From contig CM059425.1 in the NCBI GenBank assembly GCA_030390025.1, positions 178,376,001-178,440,000 on the forward strand: 64,000 nt of DNA, written 5' to 3'. The notes under the pieces are model-generated. The model was not told where the DNA came from. It ran no database searches and saw only the letters and a list, made by a program, of their open reading frames with translations. This document shows positions 13,111-26,562 of this stretch, in pieces. Source of the DNA: Squalus acanthias (taxonomy: Eukaryota). The position numbers and the translations under genes were made by a program. Positions within the stretch are counted from its first letter, which is position 1. Each line of letters opens with the position of its first letter.

Positions 13111-13620
13111 AGCTCGGAAGAAGACAGTTTAAACAGAGGCAGAGTTCAACAGAAAGAAGTACAACAAAGAAGGCCAGCAGTTCAAGAGACCAGAGCGACC
13201 GCCTCAGTGACCATCGGACACCTCGCGGCAACAAGGGCCTTACGAAACCTTTTACTCAAAAGACTCTAAACCCTAACTCTCAACTGTCAAGGATTCGTTT
13301 GGTGAGCATTATCCCTGGTTCTCCAGAGTCCAACCTAGCTAGTGAAGTGGGATTGGGAGGGATAAGGGTTTTTTGTATATTGTCATTCTCCCTCGCCTGT
13401 ACCATGTGTTCCCCAACCTCTGTTTAAGCATTAAGAGTGTTTTAAGTTTGTTACCTTTTTCTTTTAATAAAGTCAAAATTCTTTCATCAGAACCTGTTGT
13501 CTACTGCATCTTTGTTCACGACCCCTAAATAAGTCCAAGGTCTAGAACCAGGGGTGTGGGAGCGATTCGAACCGCTCACTGAGTCAGAGGTGAGGCTGAC
13601 CCCACACACCACCCCCTACA
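13110..13620 (+). mobile_element. Possible LTR 3' portion
   Basis: Non-CR1 block inside CR1 sequence; AATAAA near 13466; ends ...CCCCTACA directly against CR1. No partner LTR seen. Confidence 0.4.
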
Positions 13621-15380
13621 GTTAGCAAAGCATATGGGATTTTGGGCTTCGTAAATAGAGGTATTGAGTACAAAAGCAGGGAAGTTATGCTGAACCTTTA
13701 TAAAGCTCTGATTAGGCCACAACTGGAGTATTGCGTCCAGTTCTGGTCACCACACTTTAGGAAGGATCTGAAGGTCCTTGAGAGGGTGCAGAGGAGATTT
13801 ATCAGAATGGTTCCAGGGATGAGGGATTTTAGCTACAAGGTTAGGTTGGAGAAGCTGGGGTTGTTTTCATTAGAGCAAAGGAGGTTGAGGAGAGATTTGA
13901 TAGAGGTGGACAAGATTATGACGGGTTTGGATAAGGTAGACAGAGAAAGTCTGTTCCCGTTGGCTGATGGTACAAGGGCTAGGGGACACAGATTTAAGGT
14001 TTTGGGCAAGAGATACGGGGGGGATGTGAGGAAGAACTTTTTTACACAGCGGGTGGTAATGACCTGGAACTTGCTGCCAACAAGGGTGGTGGAAGCGGAG
14101 ACGATCAATGATTTCAAAAGGAAATTGGATAGGCACTTGAGGGAAATAAACTTGCAGGGCTACGGGGATAGAGCGGGGGAATGGGACTGACTGGATTGCT
14201 CTACAGAGAGCTGGCATGGACTCAATGGGCTGAATGTCCTCCTTCTGTGCTGTAATGACTCTATGACCCTATAAGTGTGAGGTAATGCATTTGGGGAGGG
14301 CTAACAAGGCAAGGGAATACACAATAAATGGTAGGATACTGCGAAGTGTAGAGGAACAGAGGGACCTTGGAGTGCATGTCCACAGATCCCTGAAGGTAGC
14401 AGGACAGGTGGATAAGGTGGTTAAGAAGGCATACGGGATACTTTCCTTTATTAGCCGAGGCATAGAATATAAGAGATGGGAGATTATGCTTGAACTGTAT
14501 AAAACACTAGTTAGGCCACAGCTAGAGTACTGTGTACAGTTCTGGTCACCACGTTACAAGAAAGATGTGATTGCACTAGAGAAGGTACAGAGGAGATTTA
14601 TGAGGATGTTGCCAGGACTGGAGAATTTTAGCTATGAGGAAAGATTGGATAGGCTGGGGTGGTTTTCTTTGGAGCAAAGCAGGCTGAGGGGAGACTTAAT
14701 TGAGGTGTATAAAATTGAGGGGCCTAGATAGAGTGGATAGGAAGGACCTATTTTCTTTAGCAGAGAGGTCAGTAACTAGGGGGTATAGATGTAAAGTAAT
14801 TGGTAGAAGGATTAGAGGAGAGTTGAGAACTTTTTCACCCAGAGGGTGGTGGGGGTCTGGAACTCACTGCCTGAAAGGGTGTAGAGGCAGAAACCCTCAT
14901 CACATTTAAAAAGTACTTGGATATGCACTTGAAGTGCTGTAACCTACAAGGTTATGGACCAAGAGCTGGATAGCTCTTTTTCAGCCGGCGCAGACATGAT
15001 GGGCCGAATAGCCTCCTTCTGTGCCGTAAATTTCTATGATTCTATGAAAGACGTTAGGAGAAACTTCTTTATGCCGAGGTTTGTTGGAGCATAGCATGCT
15101 TTCCCAGAGGGAGTGGCTGAAATAGAAACCATTGTGCCTTTTAAAGAAAATTGGGTATTTATTTGAAGAAGAGGGATATATAGGAAGATAATGAGGGCAA
15201 TGCGATTAGTTCTGGTTGCTCAAGCAAAGGCTTGGTGCAGACATGATGGGAAATGAAAATTGGGTGGTTTCGCTAAGGGATGGCCATTCTGCAACACCAG
15301 CTTTATAACTTGGTGGCAACTTCAAAATCTACCCCAATGAATTGAATGGTCTCCTTCTGTACTGTAAATTTCTTTGGTTC
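13621..15380 (+). mobile_element. Three tandem 5'-truncated CR1 3' ends (13621-14266, 14267-15046, degenerate 15047-15380)
   Basis: RPQLEYCVQFWSP motifs in ORFs 13642-14190 and 14285-14731; TTCTATGA-type tails. Confidence 0.9.
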
Positions 15381-17965
15381 CATGTGTCTGAACTTCTGTA
15401 CCACCTTGAGTCTGAACTTTTCTCTCTATGAGCTTTTCTCACTCCATGTCTGAACTTCTCTCTAACCCTTCTTCCATCTAAACTTTGCTCTCTCCCTGTC
15501 TGAACTTCTCTTTCTCTCTCCCTCTCCCTCCTGTGGTCTGATCTTGTACCCCCATGATCACCAAAGATCAATATTTCTTAAACACTATGGCAAGTAATTT
15601 CCTTGGACCTACTTGCACTCCGCCACCGTAACTTTGCCGGAGGTTTGGCAGAAACGTGCGTAAGCAGGGTTTCCGCCACATTTCTAGCAAAGTTACAGCG
15701 ACAGAGCTGGAGCAGCTCCAAGGAACTTCATGGCCAATGGATCTCTCCGAAATAACTAGGGCTGTAGATAGGGCTTTAAACTAATAAAGGGGGGGGGGGT
15801 CAGGTGAGGGGAAATTTAGAAATCTGAAGAGAAAGGTCAAGGCAATAGAGCAGTGTAGCGATTTGGGTAAAAATAAGCAGAGTGACGGGAAGGGACAGAG
15901 AGTTTAATGGTAGCAGTGCAGCAGAGAATAAGGTCAAAGCAGGGAAGAATGGTAAAAAAAATTTAAATTAAAGGCTCTTTATCTGAATGCACGAAGCATT
16001 CGTAACAAGATAGATGAACTAGTGGCACAAATAGAGATAAATTAATTTGATCTTTTAACCATTACGGAGACATGGTTGCAAAGTGGCCAAGGTTGGGAAC
16101 TAAATGTTGCAGGGTACTTGACGTTTTGAAAAGACAGGCAGAATGGAAAAAGAGGGGGAGTAGCCCCGATAATAAAGGATGACATAAGGACAGTAGCAAG
16201 AAAGGATCTCGGCTCGGAAGATCAGGAAGTAGAATCAGTATGGGTGGAGATAAGGAATAAGGGGCAGAAAACACTGGTAGGAGTAGTATATCAGCCCCCT
16301 AACAGTAGCTATACCATTGGACAGAATATTAATCAAGAAATAGTAGGAGCTTGCAACAAAGATAATGCAATAATCTTGGGAGACTTTAATCTTCATATAG
16401 ACTGGACAAATCAAATTGGCAAAGGTAGTCTGGAGGACGAGTTCATGGAATGCATTCGGGACAGTTTCCTCGAACAATATGTCATGGAACCTGCCAGGGA
16501 ACAGGCTATTTTAGATCTTGTATTGTGTAATGAGACAGGGTTAATTAGCAATCTCATAGTAAAGGATCCACTGAGGCAGAGTGATCATAATATGATAGAA
16601 TTTCACATTAATTTTGAGAGTGACTTGCCTAAGTCCAAAACTAAAGTCTTAAACTTAAATAAAGCCAATTACATATGTATGAGGGGTGAGTTGGCTAAGG
16701 TAGATTGGAAAAATAGATTAAAAGGTATGGCGGTAGATAAGCAGTGGCTAGCATTTAAAGAAATATTTCATAATTCTCAACAAAAATAAATTTCATTGAG
16801 AAACAAAAACTCCACGGGAAAAGTGATCCAACCGTGGCTAACTAAAGAAGTTAAGGATAGCATTAGATTGAAAGAAGAAGCTTATAATGTTGCAAAGAAT
16901 AATAGTAAGCCTGAGGATTGGGAGAGTTTCAGAAACCAGCAAAGGTTGACCAAAAAATTGATAAAAAGGGAAAAAATAGAATATGAGAGAAAACTAGCAA
17001 AAAATGTAAAAGCAGATTGTAAGAGTTTCTACAAGTATGTAAAAAGGAAAAGAGTAGCAAAAGTAAACGTTGGTCCCTTAGAGGCTGAGACGAGAAACTA
17101 TTATGGGGAATAAGGAAATGGCAGAAATGTTAAACAAATATTTTGTTTTCACAGTAGAAGACACAAAAAGCATACCAAAAATGGTGGGGAACCAAGGGTC
17201 TAATGAGGGTGAGGAACTTAACGTAATTAATATAAGTAGAGAAAAAGTACTAGAGAAACTAATGGGACTAAAAGCCGACAAATGCCCTGGACCTACATCC
17301 TAGGGTTCTAAAAGAGGTGGCTGAAGAGATAGTAGCTGCATTGGTTTTAATCTTCCAAAATTCCCTAAATTCTAGAATGGTCCCAGCAGATTGGAAAGTC
17401 GCAAATGTAACACCGTTATTCAAAAAAGGAGGGAGAGAAAAAACAGGGAACTACAGGCCAGTTAGCCTGACATCAGTCGTCGGGAAAATGCTGGAATCCA
17501 TTGTTAAGGAAGTGGTATCAAGTCACTTAGAAAATCATAACATGATTAGGCAGAGTCAACATGGTTTTATGAAAGGGAAATCGTGTTTGACACATTTTTT
17601 GAGGATGTAACTAGCAGGGTAGATAAAGGGGAACCAGTGGATGTAGTATATTTGGATTTCCAAAAGGCATTCGATAAGGTGCCACATAAAAGGTTATTAC
17701 ACAAGAGAAGGGCTCATGGGGTTGGGGGTAATATAGTAGCATGGATAGAGGATTGGTTAACGGACAGAAAACAGAGAGTAGGGATAAACGGATCTTTTTC
17801 AGGTTGGCAGGCTGTAACTAGTGGGGTGCCGCAAGGATCATTGTTGGGGCCTCAGCTATTCACAATCTATATTAATGACCTAGATGACGGGACCGAGTGT
17901 AATGTATCCAAGTTTGCTGCTGATACAAAGCTAGGTGGGACAGTAAGCTATGAGGAGAACACAAA

Positions 17966-18680
17966 GGGCTCGATTTTGCCAGGCCCGAGGAGGCGGGAAT
18001 GGAGGCGTGTGGGGTGTTAAAATTGGAAAAATTGGCAGGCGGGCCCGACCCCGCCTCCATCCCGCCTCCGAGCAATTTTCCCAAATGTGTGGTTTCTGAT
18101 CCCGCCTCCAAGAGGCGTGATAGGCCCTTAAGGCCCTTAACCACTTAATTGCCTCTATAATCCCATTTTGAGGCCTTTCTGATTATAAGACTTTTCCAAC
18201 GTGATGCACGCCTCCTCTGAAACACGACGGTGAAACCTGGCGGTAGCACACTTGGATTATTGACCATCAGCTGCAGGTCCACCATTAAGAAGGAGATTTG
18301 ATCAATCATCATTCTGGGGGAACTTTTAGCAGTCATAACCATTGTTGTGGAAGTTTGGAGCCTGGAGTGGTGGTGGTGCAAAAAAAATCTGGGAGCAGAC
18401 TTAGGTCTCCTGCTGCTCATTTTGCCTCCAGCTCCCTCTCACAGCAAAGGCCAAAAGCTTCCCAGTCTTTGCAGACCTTAAATGCACCAGCAATGATGAC
18501 ATCATCAGAGGCGACTTTCAGACTGAAAAAACTAATTGGGTCATGGGTTTCCACATGCTGGAACTCAATTACCCAATTAGGGGAAAATCACATAATTCTA
18601 CCACATCCAATTGGAGTCGGGTGGCTAACACGAAAAGCGGATGACACGACCTGAGCCCGCCCCATCACAAAATCGAGCCC
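17966..18680. mobile_element. Harbinger-type MITE, 715 bp
   Basis: Perfect 13-bp TIR GGGCTCGATTTTG; 3-bp TSD AAA; removing it restores the CR1 frame EENTKSLQRDID. Confidence 0.9.
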
Positions 18681-19458
18681 AAAGAGTCTGCAAAGGGATA
18701 TAGATAGACTAAGTAAGTGGGCAGTAAGGTGGCAGATGGAGTGTAATGTAGGGAAATGTGAGGTTATTCACTTTGGTAGGAAGAATAGAAAAACAGAATA
18801 TTTTTTAAATGGTGAGAAACTTTTAAATGTTGGTGTTCAGAGAGATTTGGGTGTCCTCGTGCAAGAAACACAGGAAGCTAGCATGCAGGTACAGCAAGCA
18901 ATAAGGAAGGCAAATGGCATGTTGGCCTTTATTGCAAGGGGGGGGTGGAGTGTAAGAGTAAGGAAGTCTTGCTACAATTGTACAGGGCCTTGGTGAGACC
19001 ACACCTGAAGTACTGTGCACAGTTTTGGTCTCCTTATCTAAGGAAGGATATGCTTGCCTTGGAGGCGGTGCAACAAAGATTGATTCCTGGGATGAGAGAT
19101 TGTGTAGAATGGGCCTATACTCTCTGGAGTTTAGAACAATGAGTGGTGATCTCATTGAAACATTCAAGATTCTGAAGGGGATTGACAGGGTAGATGCTGA
19201 GAGGTTGTTTCCCCTGGCTGGAGTGTCTAGAACTAGGGGCATAGTCTCAGGATAAGGGATAGGCCATTTAAGACTGAGATGAGGAAGAATTTCCTCACTC
19301 AGAGGGTTGTGAATCTTTGGAATTCTTTGCCCCAGAGGGCTGTGAATGCTGAGTCTTTGAGTATATTCAAGGCTGAGAGAGATAGATTTTTGGACTCTAG
19401 GGCAATCAAGGGATATGGAGATCAGGCGGGAAAGTGGAGTTGAGGTCGATGATCAGCC

Positions 19459-21747
19459 TGTGACCATAGTATGGTGGAGTTCTACATTAGGATGGAGAAG
19501 GAAACAGTTAAGTCAGAGACCATGGTCCAGAACTTAAATAAGGGCAACTTTGAGGGTATGAGGCGTGAATTGGCGAGGTTAAATTGGCAAGCGATATTTA
19601 AGGGGCTATCAGTGGAAGGGCAATGGCAGACATTTAGAGATCGCATGGATGAACTACAACAATTGTACATCCCGGTCTGGCGTAAAAATAAAAAAGGGAA
19701 GGTGGCTCAACCATGGCTAACAAGGGAAATCAGGGATAGTATTAAAACCAAGGAAGTTGCATACAAATTGGCCAGAAGTAGCAGCAAACCCGGGGACTGG
19801 GAGAACTTCAAAACTCAGCAGAGGAGGACGAAGGGTTTGATTAGGGCAGGGAAAATAAAATATGAAAGGAAGCTTGCAGAGAACATTAAAATGGACTGCA
19901 AAAGCTTCTATAAATATGTAAAAAGAGGTTAGTAAAAACAAACGTAGGTCCCCTGCAGTCGGAAACAGGGCAAGTCGTAATGGGGAACAAGGAAATGGCA
20001 GATCAATTGAACAAGTACTTTGGTTCGGTGTTTACTGTGGAGGACACACACAACCTGCCGGAAATAAAAGGGGTCAGAGGATCTGGTAAGAGGGAGGAGC
20101 TGAGGGAAATCCTTATTAGTCGGGAAAAGGTATTGGGGAAATTGATGGGACTGAAGGCTGAAAAATTCCCGGGGCCTGATGGTCTGCATCCCAGAGTACT
20201 TAAGGAGGTGGCCTTGGAAATAGTGGATGCATTGACGATCATTTTCCAACATTCCTTAGACTCTGGATCAGTTCCGATGGAGTGGAGGGTGGCCAATGTA
20301 ACCCCTCTTTTTAAAAAAAGGAGGGAGGGAGAAAGCAGGGAATTATAGACCGGTCAGCCTGACATCGGTCGTGGGTAAAATGATGGAAGCAATTATTAAA
20401 GATGTCATAACAGACCATTTGGAAAGTGGCGACATGATAGGTCCAAGTCAGCATGGATTTGTGAAAGGGAAATCATGCTTGACAAATCTTCTGGAATTTT
20501 TTGAGGATGTTTCCAATAGGGTGGACAGGGAGGAACCAGTAGATGTGGTGTATTTGGACTTTCAGAAGGCCTTCGACAAGGTCCCACACAAGAGATTGGT
20601 GAGCAAAGTTAAAGCACATGGGATTGGGGGGTAATGTGTTGACGTGGATTGAGAACTGGTTGGCACACAGGAATCAAAGAGTAGGAGTAAATGGGTACTT
20701 TTCAGAATGGCAGGCAGTGACCAGCGGGGTACCGCAGGGTTCGGTGCTGGGACCCCAGCTGTTTACATTATATATTAATGATTTGGACGAAGGGATTAAA
20801 TGTAATATCTCCAAATTTGCGGATGACAGTAAATTGGGAGGCAGTGTGAACAATGAGGAGGATGCTAGGAGGCTACAGAGTGACTTGGACAGGTTGGGTG
20901 AATGGGCAAATGTATGGCAGATGAAGTACAATGTGGATAAATGTGAGGTTATCCACTTTGGTGGTAAAAATAGAGAGGCGGACTATTACCTGAATGGTAG
21001 CAGATTAGGGAAAGGGGAGGTGCAACGAGACCTGGGCGTCATGGTACATCAGTCACTGAAGGTGGGAATGCAAGTGCAGCAGGCAGTCAAGAAAGCAAAC
21101 GGAATGATGGCCTTCATAGCAAGGGGATTTGAGTACAGGAGTAGGGAGGTGATGCTGCAGTTGTACAGGGCCTTGGTGAGGCCACACCTGGAATATTGTG
21201 CGCAGTTTTGGTCTCCTAACTTAAGGAAGGACATTCTTGCTATTGAGGGAGTGCAGCGAAGGTTCACTAGATTGATTCCTGGGATGGCCGGACTGACATA
21301 TCAAGAAAGATTGGGTCAACTGAACTTGTATCCTCTGGAGTTCAGAAGAATGAGGGGGGATCTTATAGAGACATTTAAAATCCTGACTGGTTTAGACAAA
21401 TTAGATGCGGGCAGAATGTTCCCAATGTTAGGGAAAACTAGAACCAGGGGTCACAGTCTAAGGATTAAGGGGAAGCCATTTAAGACTGAGCTGAGGAGGA
21501 ACTTCTTCACCCAGAGAGTGGTGAATCTATGGAATTCTCTTCCACAGAAGGTTGTTGAGGCCAGTTCGCTAAATATATTCAAAAGGGAGTTAGATATAAC
21601 ACTCACAACTAGGGGGGATCAAGGGGTATGGCGAGAAAGCAGGAATGGGGTACTGAGGTAGCATGTTCAGCCATGAACGCATTGAATGGCGGTGCAGGCT
21701 CGAAGGACCGAATGGTCTACTCCTGTACCTATTTTCTATGTTTCTAT
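19459..21747 (+). mobile_element. Younger 5'-truncated CR1 LINE (RT, few lesions)
   Basis: 347-aa ORF 20618-21661 with GVPQGSVLGP and FADD; tail TTTCTATGTTTCTATG. Confidence 0.92.
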
Positions 21748-24700
21748 GATCTTACTGAATGGAGGAGCAGGCTCGAGGGGCCTCATGGCCTACTCCTGCT
21801 CCTATTTCTTATGCTCTTATGAAATCCACCGATACCAGTGCAGGGAACAGCCCCCAAGTCTAAACCCCTGGGAATTGAAACAGGTTTTAAAAGAAGTTTA
21901 ATAAGAGAGCATCAGCCAGCAGTATGGGATAAATTTGCAATTCTTAGTTGAAAATTCACCAAAAGTTGTCACTTTGCTCCAGGATGCCTTCTCCTTTTGA
22001 AACATCTCTGGAACATTGACTAGATTGGCATATGTGCCTAATGATATCTCGGAAAGATCTAGTGGGTGTAAATCTTTAATGTGCACCCATAGGAAGAGCC
22101 ATTGCTGTGGTACAAGTTATTTGCAAGTCAACCACCTGGAGACTACATTGCTATGTGGCAGCCTCCCTTGTGGAGCAGAGGTGCTGAAGACAGGTGTCCT
22201 CCAAAAAAGCCCTAATAATGTGGATTCTAGGTAAGGTCCAGTATGTATATAACTCGTGAGGTAAAGTTGCACCTGCCTTTCTTCCTCCTTCAAATCTAGG
22301 AGTGTCTTTGGACCCCACAAAGGAATTACCATCCAGCCCACTATGGTTGCTGTAAGTAAAATAGCAGTTGGAAGCAGGATGACTAAGAGGTGGAAATAAA
22401 AAATAGAATTGCAATGTAAAATATCAGACCTAAACAGTAACAAAGATGCATGCACTGATAAAGAAACCTAATAAACAAAAAAAAGTTACCAACCAAAAAT
22501 GTAAGTGTGATACCTTTAAAAAGCCTTCTTGTACATGACATGTCATTCACGCACTGCAGCACCCATTTCAAATGGGCACACAGCGCTGCTTACAAGAAGC
22601 CAGATAGAAAGCCACAAATGCAGCAAGGGACCTATTTCTGGAGCCTTTGAGGCTTGCACGGGACATTTTTCCTGACTATAAAATGCCCCCTCTGTAAATT
22701 GGATGTGCTAGCTTGGGGGCCCAATTTTGTGACCTGAGCTCGGTCTTAGTGAGGCTCCATGACTCTGGCAGAGCTACGTAAAATTGACCCATGTATGGTG
22801 CAGGAAGAAGAAGATTACATGATTCTGACATAAAAGTATTTTAAAAGATACAAGGATTTTTTCTTCCCCCTCCCCCACCCCCACCCGACCTCACCGCCCC
22901 AAAAGTTTATATAGCCAACCTACTCGCAGTGTATGAAGATCAAAATCGTTAAATACCTATATGTTAGCAATCCACATTTCTGGTTCTATTCCACAAAGTG
23001 AATTTTCACTGCATTGTCAGTGGCCCTGCCTATGTGTACTATTCAATGTTACCTGCTATTCAATTATTTTTAAATTATTGGGAATTTGAGGGTAGATTAA
23101 ATGAAATTCGCTCTCTCGACATGCAGCTTTACAGGCCGGAAGCACATATCGAGAATTTGGGCACAGAGGTCAGAGGGATCCACAGGATATTCTGTCTATT
23201 AAAATTATTGACAGAAAAGCCTGCAGAGCTCACTGACTTCTGCATCTAAATTCCAAAAATATACCCCCAAAACATGAGGCCCTGTGCCAGAGACACACAT
23301 TTATAAAACCTACCCTTTGTAAATTTTATTGCTTGTTTTATTATTAAAGTTTTCAGACTTGCACTTGGTTGTTGGTATTTTGTTTGTTGCTAACAAAATA
23401 TGGGCAGAAATGCTTTCAAAGTGTTTAGCTTTAAAAATAGAAGAAAGCCTATTAAAATCCCCTTCCACAGGCCACATATAATCCCCTCAAACTTGTCCTC
23501 TCCATATTTAATGCCCTGCTGAAAATGTTCTGCAAATTTGCTACCAATTCCTCAAAGGTAAATCAACCAAAACTCCAAAGTATTTATCTAACCTGAATTC
23601 CTACATCGTATACCCCAGACCGCTTTTATTTTCACAGTTCCAGCAGCACAGGAATCATGTTCTACACTGTAGTTGATGAAATCTAACTGTATTTTTGATA
23701 ATACCCTCGCTTCCATTCATATGTATATATTCACCAAGTCCTTTCATAGGTCTTAATCAACACTGCATGACGTCTCTGTTTGGGACCGATTTATACCTAT
23801 CGTGACTCGGGGGTGGGGGGGGGCTGGTGAGAGGAAATTGCCTCTAATGTTAATGTTGCTTGGGGTTTGTAAGAGTTGGCTAATTGGTTAGGGACATTAG
23901 ATTGACAGCTGACATTTATCCACACCATTATGAGGGATCTCTTTGAGATGTTAATTTTGCCAGTACATAAATCATTGCACGATACAGGATGATGTCATTC
24001 AGTGTTTGAGGTGAGAGATCTGGAGACATGTTCTTAAATATTGCTCTGACATGATTAAGTAAGCTCATTTATTGAATAGGTGATGTAAAGGTCAAAGCAA
24101 AGATTATAATAAGGACCATGTTTATACAGACATGGTTATACTTTCAGGTTGATGTAGTGTTTGAAGTGCCTGTGTATTGGTCGCTTAGGTGGTCTTGCTA
24201 GTGGTCATCAGTCACAAAATCCCCAGCAGCATGAACCTACGATTTAATTGTTGACCCTGCATTAAAAAAATTGATCATAAGCTAATTCATTAATATATAT
24301 GCCATAAATAGACTTCATTTTCAAACATTTCTCACTAAAAATGTCAGATATAGTTCTAAAGATCTGTAAGCTACATTAAGTCTACATGTTATCACCACCG
24401 GTGTGCTACTTTGATACATTTCAGCAATTGATCTAATTATAGGTTCTTGTCCTCAACATACAAAATTTCAGCATGGATATTTAAAAGGTGCCTCTACCTT
24501 CTCCTTGAAATAAATAACTTGATATACTTGTTCTAATAGAATTTAAAGGAATAGACACTGAAGCTGCGATTTTGCCGGCGCTCAAAGGGCGGGTTTGGAG
24601 GCGGGTCAGAGGGTAAAATCGCAAATATTGACGGCGGGGTCCGATCCTGCCGTCAACCCGCCTCCGCGCAACTTTCCCAAATGTGGGCTCCCAGACTCCC

Positions 24701-25088
24701 AATCGATCCCGCCTCCAAGCGGCGGGAGAGGCCCTTAAGGCAGTTAACAGCTTGTTAACTGCCTGGATAAGCCTATTTTCACAGTGGTTTTCGATTTTTC
24801 CACATTTTCTGCATGTTCCACGCCATTCCCAAACCACGCCAGCTGATTGTGCCGGGTTCACCAAGTGCCTGACTTCTTGACAGCTGTAGCTCCAGCATAA
24901 AAACGGAGTCTCAACAAGGATCACTTGCAGATGACAGAACTTTGTCTTTTCAGGTCTTGGAAATCTTTTTGCAGGTCTACTGATCTTGTACGTGGTGAAG
25001 CTGAGATCCATCTGCACTGTGACCTCCTGGGAAAACCCTCTCCCCACATTGACTGAGCGTTTCCTCAACTGAGATATCTACCAGCAGC

Positions 25089-26287
25089 ATGGGAACCATT
25101 TATACCGTCATCCCTGGTCCTCAGATTCGGAGGAAGAGCAGCCACGGCAGCAGCAGCAGCAGCAACAACAGGAGCGCCAACCTTCTCCTCACCCACCTGA
25201 TGCTGCACAGGGCAGAGGGCGTCAGCGCAGGGCTGCACCGCGCCACAGGAGATACCCCCAACACAGGGTTTACAGGCCGAGGATGACCTTCCTCAACATG
25301 AGTGAGCAGCAGTGCCAAAAGAGGCTGAGACTTTCGCGAGAGGTAGTTGCTGACATCTGTGCAATGCTGCACCAACACCTGGAGCCCAGAGGAGCAGGTG
25401 GACACCCCTTACCAGTGGCTGTCAAAGTCACCACCGCACTCAATTTTTTTGCTTCAGGGTTTTTCCAGGGCTCATCAGCAGATATCAGCGGCATCGCCCA
25501 GTCGGCCGCACACACTTGCATCACGCAGGTTACTGATGCCCTCTTTGCAAAGGTGCACAATTACATCCACTTCTCCACGGATCAAGCAAGTGTGACCGTG
25601 CGTGCGGTTGGCTTTGCAAATATGGCTGGCTTGCCAAGGGTGCAGGGCGTCGTAGATTGCACACATGTGGCCATTAGGGCACCCCATCACAACCCAGCTG
25701 TTTTTGTCTACCACAAGAGCTTCCACTCCCTTAACATCCAGCTGGTGTGTAACCACAGGAAGGACATTTTGCATGTTTGCGCAAAATACCCTGGCAGTTG
25801 CCATGACTCGTTCATCCTGCGGCAGTCTACTGTGCCTCCGCTCTTAAATCCGCCAAGACAACTTTCCAGATGACTACTTGGAGACAAGGGCTTTCCCCTG
25901 AAGACGTGGCTAATGACACCGTTGAGGAGGCCATCGAACAAAGCTGAGGAGCGCTACAATGCAGGCCACATTTCCACCAGATCCATCATCGAGCAAACCA
26001 TCAGCTTGCTCAAAATGCAATTCAGATGCCTTGACAGATCAGGTGGAGCCCTACAGTACTCAGTAGCCAGGGTCTCCAGAATCATCGTGGTCTGCTGTGC
26101 ACTGCACAACAGCGCACAGCATCGTGGCTTGCAGCTGCCTGAGGAACAAGTGGCTCAGCGCATAGCCTCCTCAGATGAGGAGGAGGAGGAAGACCTTGCG
26201 GAGGCGGATGAGCCAGCTCCAGCAGCACGCGAGCACATTGTTGCCCGTGATGCAAGGGATGCACTAATCTTTGCCAGACTCGCTTAG
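25089..26287 (+). pseudogene. Harbinger DDE transposase (HARBI1-like)
   Basis: [29 protein letters not shown] and CCALHN motifs; in-frame TGA at 25871-25873 in place of the conserved Trp; probable frameshift near 25120. Confidence 0.92.
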
Positions 26288-26562
26288 GTAGACGAATCAA
26301 ACACATGTGGCTGGTACCTTCTTATCACACCATACACAATGTACAAGAACCTGTGTGTTCCTATCACTCTTACCACCATCATTACAAATGCAAGTCGCCC
26401 TGAGCCCTCAATGTGCAACTTCCATTTCCCAGATCACATAGGCCAGAACTTCAACTGTTTGACATCACTTCTGTTTAATACATGCACAAAAGGATGACAA
26501 TGCCAAATAGTAAAGAAAACAAAAGACAACAGAACAGAACACCCAAGTGTCTACCCTTGTGA

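Larger units (their letters stand above)
15755..21821 (+). mobile_element. CR1 LINE ORF2 pseudogene hosting a MITE (17966-18680) and a nested CR1 (19459-21747)
   Basis: [28 protein letters not shown] and GVPQGS motifs; the outer 3' UTR resumes at ~21747 and ends TTCTTATGCTCTTATG. Confidence 0.9.

Noticed and set aside
15385..15545. Repeated CTGAACTT units resembling an array
   Set aside because: Irregular, pyrimidine-rich degenerate tandem repeat; not CRISPR-like.
25089..26287. Host HARBI1 gene
   Set aside because: Disrupted and flanked by TIRs and a TSD, so a transposon copy rather than the domesticated gene.
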